Assembly (NCBI RefSeq): GCF_000284455.1
Contig: NC_017039.1
Coordinates: 780,001 to 812,000, forward strand
Reading direction: 5' to 3'
Length of the DNA: 32,000 bases
From: Synechocystis sp. PCC 6803 substr. PCC-P
GTDB lineage: Bacteria > Cyanobacteriota > Cyanobacteriia > Cyanobacteriales > Microcystaceae
Under the pieces are notes generated by a model. That model searched no databases, had not been told where the DNA came from, and was given only the letters and a program-made list of their open reading frames with translations. Below, piece by piece: positions 17,044 through 23,720 of this stretch (position 1 is the first letter of the stretch; the number at the start of each line of letters is the position of its first letter). The position numbers were made by a program, and so were the translations under genes.

Positions 17044-17886
17044 TTATTGTTCCAAAGACCATTTACAAGTGAATCTGAGGATGAGGCGAAATGATAAATC
17101 CAACGCAAAGCCAATTAATCCCAAAACAATTAAGCAAGCAAAAATCTCATCGGTTTTCAAAAATTTCTGAGCTAGCAAAATACGCTTCCCTAAGCCATTG
17201 TCTGCCGCCACCAATTCCGCCACCACTACCAAGTTCCAAGCCGCCGCCATGTTGATCCGAAAGGCGTCAAGAATATTGGGAATAATGTAGGGGGTGATGA
17301 CCTTAAACAAAATCTGTTTCCTTAATCCCCCTAGGGTATAGGTAACTTCAATTAATTCCTTGGGAATAAATTTGACCGCATCCATAATCATCAGGGTATT
17401 AAAAAATATTGTCCCAATGAAAATTAAGGCAATTTTTGAAGCCTCATCAATGCCGAGGTAAATAATTAATAATGGAATAAAGGCTGGGGCTGGCATGTAA
17501 CGCACCACACCAATAATTGGCTCTGTTAGGCTACGTATGCTGGGAAATGTCCCCATTAAAATCCCCAAGGGAATAGCCACCAATCCCCCTAAAAAAAATC
17601 CCCCCACTACTCGCCCAAAACTAGTCAGGGAATCCTGGATTAGAAATCCATCCTTAAATAGCTTTATCAAGGCTTGAATTACCGACTGGGGCGAAGGCAG
17701 AAAAACATCACTCACAGTGGGTAAAGATGAAAGCAGTGCCCACAATACCAAAGGAATAATGATCGATAAGGACATTAACGACCATTTGAGAGATTCGGGT
17801 ATTTCCCCACCAATGCGCCAAAAAACTGTGGGCTTGAGGGATTCTTTAGAGGGATAATCTGATAATTTATCCTGGGCAATAGTCAT
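17044..17886 (-). CDS. ABC transporter permease (NitT/TauT family)
   Basis: 280 aa and polytopic. The EAA-like loop region DEASKIALIFIGTIFFN is typical of binding-protein-dependent permeases. It lies between the binding-protein and ATPase genes. Confidence 0.88.
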   Translation of the reverse strand: MTIAQDKLSDYPSKESLKPTVFWRIGGEIPESLKWSLMSLSIIIPLVLWALLSSLPTVSDVFLPSPQSVIQALIKLFKDGFLIQDSLTSFGRVVGGFFLGGLVAIPLGILMGTFPSIRSLTEPIIGVVRYMPAPAFIPLLIIYLGIDEASKIALIFIGTIFFNTLMIMDAVKFIPKELIEVTYTLGGLRKQILFKVITPYIIPNILDAFRINMAAAWNLVVVAELVAADNGLGKRILLAQKFLKTDEIFACLIVLGLIGFALDLSFRLILRFTCKWSLEQ

Positions 17887-17988
17887 AGTATTAGGGAAAT
17901 TGATTGGCTAACAGAGTGAGCAAATTGTCACAAAGAAAAATCAAAATCCCTCCGATTACTGGTTGGAGATGAGAACTCGAAGTAAAAA

Positions 17989-19017
17989 CTAAGCCTTACC
18001 AGCTAAGGTTTTCACAAACTGAGCATCGAGAATCTTGGTCAGGTCAGGGGCTTTTTCAATAAAGCCGACTTTAGTCATAAAATCTGCCATTTTTTGGGCA
18101 GCAAAGGGCATGTGCACCATACTATCTCCAGGGCTAAAAGCTTCTAAATTTTCCTCTAGAGTTAAAAAGCGAGTGCCATCCTTAAATAGTTGTAGTTCTT
18201 CTTGGCTCACCCCCGCCCGTTTAGCCATAATTTCATCGGATTTTTCGGGATTTTCCTCCATGAATTTACGAATATCAAACCAGGTGTTAACTAATGCTTG
18301 TACTTGCTCTGGTTTTTCCTGAATTAATTTTTCTGTCACGACTAAAAGGTCAGGAATAGCTCCGGGAAATTCGGCGGAAGTAACTAACTCTTTAGAGCCT
18401 TCCCGTTTCAGAGCTGTTAACCAAAATGGAGGAAACGCCCCTACTGCGTCCACTTGTCCCGCTGCAAAGGCCGCCGCCGCCGCCCCTGTTTCCAAAGGCT
18501 TGATTACCACATCATCCCGGCTCATGCCTTCCCTTTCCAGAGCTAAACTGAGCAGAAAATCATCCACTACCCCTTCTTCGATCGCCACGGTTTTACCCTT
18601 GAGATCCTGAACAGTATTGATGTCGGCGGTAACAATAATTTTGTCATTGCCAGCGGAGTTATCATTCACTAGTACTGCCACTTCTCCGTTAACTGCCTCC
18701 CCAGCAAAGGAAATGGTGTCGTTTAAAGTTTGACTATTGCCATCCAACTGCCCGGCGGCTAAGGCTTGCATGGATTCCAGATAACCGTCAAACCACTTCA
18801 TTTCCACATTGACACCGTTTTTGGCAAATAGGCCTTCTTCCTCGGCGATCGCCCAGGGCCACCAACCCGCCCAGTTGCTATAACCAATGACAATGGGAGG
18901 TCCTTCGGGAACCGGAGCAGAGGTTTGGGATTGCTCTGGGGTTTGGGCACAACTAACTGTTAACAGTAAGGTGCTACAAAAAATCAGAATTAAGGAAATT
19001 AAACTACGTCTGGGCAT
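17989..19017 (-). CDS. ABC transporter periplasmic substrate-binding lipoprotein (NMT1/TauA/NrtA-like); probable guanidine-binding component
   Basis: I take ATG 19017 as the start because GGAG lies 9 nt upstream; the ORF track extends to 19047. The signal peptide ends in a lipobox-like LLLTVSC. The fold family is suggested by GYSNWAGWWPW and the overall NitT/TauT context. Confidence 0.82.
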   Translation of the reverse strand: MPRRSLISLILIFCSTLLLTVSCAQTPEQSQTSAPVPEGPPIVIGYSNWAGWWPWAIAEEEGLFAKNGVNVEMKWFDGYLESMQALAAGQLDGNSQTLNDTISFAGEAVNGEVAVLVNDNSAGNDKIIVTADINTVQDLKGKTVAIEEGVVDDFLLSLALEREGMSRDDVVIKPLETGAAAAAFAAGQVDAVGAFPPFWLTALKREGSKELVTSAEFPGAIPDLLVVTEKLIQEKPEQVQALVNTWFDIRKFMEENPEKSDEIMAKRAGVSQEELQLFKDGTRFLTLEENLEAFSPGDSMVHMPFAAQKMADFMTKVGFIEKAPDLTKILDAQFVKTLAGKA

Positions 19018-19100
19018 CGATTTTTCTCCGCTAGTTGTTAATAACATATAAAACTAAATTGAAAAGTTTTACTGTGTTGATTTTGACTTTTTAAAAATTT

Positions 19101-19790
19101 CTAGATAGAAACTATCATCGGTACTTTAACTTGACTCTTAACCCAACTAAACCAAGTATCCAAACCCTCTCCGGTTTTAGCCGATACTGGAATAATGGTC
19201 ACATGGGGGTTCATGGAACGGACGTTAGCGGCTAATTTTTCTAGATCAATATCTAAATGGGGAATGAGATCAGTTTTAGTAATTAGTAAACAATCTGCTT
19301 CCTGGAACATAACTGGATATTTTAGGGGTTTGTCTTCCCCTTCGGTGACACTGAGTAGTGCGACTTTACTATGTTCCCCCACTTCAAATTCCGCTGGGCA
19401 AACTAGATTGCCCACATTTTCCACCAGCACCAAATCAAATTCTTTAGGATTGTAATCTTCCTGTAAACGATGAATTCCCCCTGCCACCATTTTGGCATCT
19501 AAATGACAGGAACGACCGGTGTTAATGGCGATTACAGGGCTACCATATTGCCGCAGGCGATCGGCGTCTAATTCCGTGGTCATATCCCCTTCGATAACCG
19601 CCATTTTTAACTCACTTTGGAGGGCGGCCAAGGTTTTTTCGAGCAGAACAGTTTTACCGGCTCCGGGGCTACTCATTAGGTTTAAACAGGTAATACCCCA
19701 TTCATCAAAATGTGCTCGATTATGGTCGGCACCTGCCTGGTTTGCGTGGAGCAAATTTAGACCGATCGCCGTGTCAATGGATTGGTGCAT
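19101..19790 (-). CDS. hypB: HypB-like nickel-metallochaperone GTPase (second HypB paralogue, not in a hydrogenase cluster)
   Basis: G1 motif SSPGAGKT, plus [26 protein letters not shown] and ITKTDL (NKxD-like). There is no His-rich N-terminal tract. Confidence 0.88.
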
Positions 19791-19850
19791 AGTTTCTTGG
19801 CAGTAACAGTGGACAAGTTAATAAAAAATTTAGTCTCGGTGGGTTAGGGC

Positions 19851-20213
19851 TTAAGCCGGAGTGCACTGATGATGTTCAATGCGGTCAATTTTTAGCTCCC
19901 GCCCGGAACGGATGTCATCCATCGGAGATCGGCAGGTGGGACAGGAATATTGCAAACCAATTTCGGGACTATATTCCGTTTGGCAAGTATGGCAGTAGGC
20001 AACCAAAGGCACATCTTTGATTACCAATTCCGCCCCATTTAAAAAGGTTTGCTTGGTTTGCACTTCAAAAGCAAATTGCAAACTCACTGGTTCCACACAG
20101 GTAAACTGACCCACTAGGAGGTGAATCTTGGTGATTTGGGGTTTTTCAACTTGTTGATCAAACCAATCCTGAATAGTCATAATCAGGGCTTTGGTCATGT
20201 CTGTTTCATGCAT
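19851..20213 (-). CDS. hypA: HypA-like nickel-insertion zinc-finger protein
   Basis: The start is taken at MHETDMTKAL, the canonical HypA MHE N-terminus (Ni site); the ORF is open to 20228. The zinc site is CHTCQ...CPTCRS. Confidence 0.85.
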   Translation of the reverse strand: MHETDMTKALIMTIQDWFDQQVEKPQITKIHLLVGQFTCVEPVSLQFAFEVQTKQTFLNGAELVIKDVPLVAYCHTCQTEYSPEIGLQYSCPTCRSPMDDIRSGRELKIDRIEHHQCTPA

Positions 20214-20288
20214 TTTTACCTCTCCCAAAGGCGATCGCCGATTATTTCAGAGCCATCAATTTGGCAATAATTAGTCAAGTTAAAGTTA

Positions 20289-21461
20289 CTATTGCCAGGG
20301 CTCATCCACTGCCATGTTCGCTTCAGCATGGATATAGGCCGGTTTTTCCGTGCGGGGTAATTGGCCAGAAACCACTAAATGGGCCATGGTGTCGCAAATT
20401 ACCCTGGTGGCCATCAACGAAGTCATGTCGCTGATGTCGTAGGGAGGGGAAACTTCCACCACTTCCATGCCGCAAACGTTAGTTTCCCGAATAATGCGTT
20501 TAAGTAAATACAGAGCTTCTCGGGGTAGTAAACCACCGGGTTCTGGCCAACCGGTGCCGGGGACAAAACCTGCATCAATGCAGTCAATGTCAAAACTAAT
20601 CCAAACGCAATCGGTGCCATCGGTGGCCCGGGCAATGGCAAAGTCCGCCGCCGCATCCAAACTCATTTCGGTAATATCAGTGACGGTCAAAATGTTGGTG
20701 GCCCGTTCCCGACAAACTTTGACCCCCTGGCGGGGTACTTGCCAACCACCAATGCCTAATTGCACTAGGTTTTTAGCTGGAGCGTTGGCCATGTTGGTGG
20801 CGTGGAACCAGGGACAAGTGTGCATCCGTTCGTCTAAGTCCGTTTCCTGGGTGTCCACATGGCGATCGAAATGGATAATGCCGACTTTTTTATCCCCCAA
20901 ATGACGACAGATGCCCCGCACCGTAGGAAAACCAATGGAATGATCACCCCCCAGAATTATCGGAAACGCTCCGGAACTGAAAATGTGGGCAATACCTTTG
21001 GAAATTTGGTCAAAGGATTTCTCATTGTTGGCGGGAATGGTGAAAATATCCCCCACGTCACAGAGACTAATTTGCTCCCGTAAATCCACCCCCATTTCAA
21101 AGTTGTAGGGAGTGTACAAAGCAGAAATACGACGAATCCCCTGGGGGCCAAAACGGGTACCTGGTCGATAGGTGGTGCCAGAATCATGGGGCACTCCGAC
21201 GATCGCCACATCATATTTCCCGACTTCCCGCACATCTTCCAGATATGGAGCCTTCATGAAGGTGTTAATGCCCGCATAGTGGGGCAATTCTCCCCGGGAA
21301 AAGGTGGGGATGGAGCGGTCTTTAATGCTGGCGGCGGCTTCTAAACCATAGGTTAGCCCTTGGTCAACCTCCTGCTGCCAACCGGTCAGGGGTAGCCGAG
21401 TTTCTTTGATTAAGGCTTCTTCAGCTTCAGAAGGGGGACGAAACGGGGTGGCATCGCTCAT
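20289..21461 (-). CDS. gdmH: Arginase/agmatinase-family ureohydrolase; in this riboswitch and HypAB context a Ni-dependent guanidine hydrolase (usually annotated agmatinase/speB)
   Basis: 390 aa with ureohydrolase metal-binding motifs GGDHSIGFP, HFDRHVDT and SFDIDCIDAGFVPGTG. It is the first ORF after a guanidine-I riboswitch and is followed by hypA- and hypB-like genes. I recall the Synechocystis orthologue (sll1077) being shown to hydrolyse free guanidine. Confidence 0.85.
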   Translation of the reverse strand: MSDATPFRPPSEAEEALIKETRLPLTGWQQEVDQGLTYGLEAAASIKDRSIPTFSRGELPHYAGINTFMKAPYLEDVREVGKYDVAIVGVPHDSGTTYRPGTRFGPQGIRRISALYTPYNFEMGVDLREQISLCDVGDIFTIPANNEKSFDQISKGIAHIFSSGAFPIILGGDHSIGFPTVRGICRHLGDKKVGIIHFDRHVDTQETDLDERMHTCPWFHATNMANAPAKNLVQLGIGGWQVPRQGVKVCRERATNILTVTDITEMSLDAAADFAIARATDGTDCVWISFDIDCIDAGFVPGTGWPEPGGLLPREALYLLKRIIRETNVCGMEVVEVSPPYDISDMTSLMATRVICDTMAHLVVSGQLPRTEKPAYIHAEANMAVDEPWQ

Positions 21462-21476
21462 AGGTAGTTACTAGCT

Positions 21477-21544
21477 AAACAACAAAATCTGCCCAGGAGT
21501 TATTAATGACAACACCTAAGCACTGGTCATTAAAGTCTCCCGGG
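21477..21544 (-). terminator. Intrinsic terminator forming the riboswitch expression platform
   Basis: Minus-strand sequence: CCCGGGAGacttTAATGACcagtgcttaggtgttGTCATTAataaCTCCTGGGcagAUUUUGUUGUUU. An outer 8-bp stem (one G.U) and an inner 7-bp stem are followed by a U-rich tract. The 5' arm CCCGGGAG (21537-21544) is also the conserved 3' end of the aptamer, so the two folds are mutually exclusive. Confidence 0.7.
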
Positions 21545-21650
21545 CTTTTGTCCCGCCGTGTAGCTAGTGGCAAAAATCTTTACAAAGCCTAGCCTGTTTC
21601 TCTCGGACCAGCCATTCCCCACATCACCAGGAATCGGAACCCTAGAAACA
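21535..21650 (-). promoter_or_regulatory. Guanidine-I riboswitch aptamer (ykkC-yxkD class, subtype 1)
   Basis: Minus-strand sequence: UCUAGGGUUCCGauuccuggugauguggggaauggcuGGUCCGAGAGaaacaggcuaggcuuuguaaagauuuuugccacuagcuACACGGCGGGAcAAAAGCCCGGGAGAc. All blocks I remember as invariant in ykkC RNAs are present in the right order and spacing: CUAGGGUUCCG, GGUCCGAGAG and ACACGGCGGGA.AAAAGCCCGGGAGA. Confidence 0.88.
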
Positions 21651-21897
21651 ATATCCCCTACCCTAGCTAGGGATGATTAAGTTAACTGTGTTCTGTGCTA
21701 CTTTTTATCGGCGATCGCCAAACTAAAGTTTAAAACCTGACATCAATTAGCTTTTTTTCCCTATCCAGGGATTGAGCATAGCTTTGCGATATCCTGAGTA
21801 TGCACATGGGAAAAGGTCACAGGTCTCGCACCATTGGTGTGATTACTAATTGATCTAACTATTCAGGAACGCAACTCAATCAACAATTGCCCAGCCA

Positions 21898-22407
21898 ATG
21901 CAACAAGCGGCCATCCCAGCCAATGAACAGCAGCGCTTAGCCCATCTACAGAATCTTAAAATTCTTGATACGCCAAGCGATGAAAAGTTCAACCGCATTA
22001 CTAGGCTATTATGTCGGGTGCTGGATATGCCCGTAGCTGCCATTTCTTTGGTTGATGAAAATCGTCAATGGTTTAAATCCATTCGGGGCTTAGACTTAAC
22101 CGAAACTCCCCGCTGTGTCTCCTTCTGCGCCCATACAATTCTGGAGGACCGCACCCTAGTTATTTCCGATACCCTATCTGACCTCCGTTTTGCCGACAAT
22201 CCCCTTGTCCTCGAGGCCCCCCACGTCCGATTTTATGCTGGTCACCCCCTGAAAATACTCGATAATATCCATGTGGGCACTCTCTGTGTTTATGACACTA
22301 AGCCCAGGGAAATATCCGACGACGATGTTCAGTTTTTAGAAGACCTTGCAATCACCGTGGCTAATGAGCTAAAGGCTCACATGTTCAAGAGATTTTTTAC
22401 GGTTTAG
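21898..22407 (+). CDS. Stand-alone GAF-domain protein
   Basis: 169 aa. The whole length aligns with the GAF domain of the next gene (EQQRLA.L..L.ILDTP.E..F.RITR..C..L..P.AAIS.VDE.RQWFKS..GL...ETPR...FCAH.I...........D.RFADNPLV...P..RFYAG.PL.....I.VGTLC). Confidence 0.85.
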   Translation: MQQAAIPANEQQRLAHLQNLKILDTPSDEKFNRITRLLCRVLDMPVAAISLVDENRQWFKSIRGLDLTETPRCVSFCAHTILEDRTLVISDTLSDLRFADNPLVLEAPHVRFYAGHPLKILDNIHVGTLCVYDTKPREISDDDVQFLEDLAITVANELKAHMFKRFFTV

Positions 22408-22461
22408 GTAAAGTTTCAGTAAAGTAAAAATTCAGCCACAGCAAAGTCAGGAAATGTAGGG

Positions 22462-23493
22462 ATGGAAGCTAAATTACCGCAAAATGAGGAGCAACGCCTG
22501 GCAGTTTTGAGGCAACTCAATATTTTGGATACTCCCATTGAAGAAAGATTTGAGCGTATTACCCGTATGGTCTGCCGGTCCCTCAAAGTGCCCATTGCCG
22601 CCATATCAATAGTTGATGAATCACGCCAGTGGTTTAAATCTATTCAAGGGTTAAATGCTTCCGAAACCCCCCGTGAAATTGCCTTTTGCGCCCACGCCAT
22701 CCTCAGGGATGAATTACTGTTGGTCGAGGATGCTACCCAGGATGAACGCTTTGCTGACAATCCCTTGGTAACCGACGAGCCTTTCATCCGATTTTATGCC
22801 GGTTATCCCCTTAATTTGGGTCAAGATATCCATGTGGGAACCCTCTGCGCCATTGATCGGGTGCCCCGGGAATTGTCGGCGGAAGAACAGGAAATTCTCT
22901 ACGACCTCTCCAAAATGGTGGAGTCTGAACTGGCGGCGATCGCCCTATCGGAGGCTCAAATACAGCTAATTCAAGAACTGGATGAACTTGAAAGGGTGGC
23001 CATGGTCGATAGCTTAACAAGACTCTGGAACCGTTTGGGCATTGAAACTCTTCTAAAACGGGAATGGGAGTACGCTACCCGCAAAAATTCTCCTATTTCC
23101 ATTGTCATGATTGATTTTGACAACTTTAAACAAATCAACGATCAACACGGTCATTTAGTCGGAGACGAGGTTCTGCAGGGTAGTGCCCGTTTAATCATTT
23201 CAGTTCTTCGTTCCTACGATATTTTGGGCAGATGGGGAGGAGATGAGTTCATGCTTATTCTGCCTGGTTCTGGTCGGGAGCAGACCGCTGTGCTCCTAGA
23301 AAGAATTCAAGCCACCATTGCCCAAAACCCAGTACCCACATCTGCGGGACCCATGGCAATCAGCTTGAGTATGGGGGGAGTCAGTGTATTTACCAACCAG
23401 GGTGAAGCACTCCAGTATTGGGTAGAACAGGCAGATAATCAGTTGATGAAAGTCAAACGTCTTGGTAAGGGCAATTTTCAACTGGCAGAATAA
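22462..23493 (+). CDS. GAF-GGDEF diguanylate cyclase (I recall the Synechocystis orthologue slr1143 as an active cyclase that interacts with Cph2)
   Basis: N-terminal GAF domain, a coiled linker, then a GGDEF domain with an intact active site GRWGGDEFMLIL. An RxxD I-site (RSYD) lies 5 residues upstream. Confidence 0.9.
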   Translation: MEAKLPQNEEQRLAVLRQLNILDTPIEERFERITRMVCRSLKVPIAAISIVDESRQWFKSIQGLNASETPREIAFCAHAILRDELLLVEDATQDERFADNPLVTDEPFIRFYAGYPLNLGQDIHVGTLCAIDRVPRELSAEEQEILYDLSKMVESELAAIALSEAQIQLIQELDELERVAMVDSLTRLWNRLGIETLLKREWEYATRKNSPISIVMIDFDNFKQINDQHGHLVGDEVLQGSARLIISVLRSYDILGRWGGDEFMLILPGSGREQTAVLLERIQATIAQNPVPTSAGPMAISLSMGGVSVFTNQGEALQYWVEQADNQLMKVKRLGKGNFQLAE

Positions 23494-23720
23494 TGGCGAT
23501 CGTAAAAACTTTTTAAGGTGAGGTAGACTTACCCTTTTGGTGATTGGCTCCACTCCACTTCTTCAAGCAAACATGGTGGGTCATAGATTACCGAAAAGAT
23601 GAACAATCTCTACCATCAAATCAATTGGATTTACTTAAGCTTGATGTATTAGAATTTTTTCACCAGGATGAGCTAGAAGATGTGAAGTAAAGACAATGGT
23701 AGTCATTCAAGTCATTATGA

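Noticed and set aside
20467-20904. 145-aa plus-strand ORF antisense to the guanidine hydrolase gene
   Set aside because: It lies entirely within a strongly supported minus-strand CDS. The Ser/Arg/Pro-rich composition is typical of antisense frames in GC-balanced genes.
23517-23538. Weak hairpin GGTGA..TTACC followed by CTTTT after the GGDEF gene
   Set aside because: The stem is 5 bp including a G.U pair, with only four T's. That is not enough to call an intrinsic terminator.
23540-23690. Short reading frames (17-44 aa) in the convergent gap between the cyclase and the P-type ATPase
   Set aside because: They have no ATG with an RBS and no recognisable motif, and their lengths are within random expectation.
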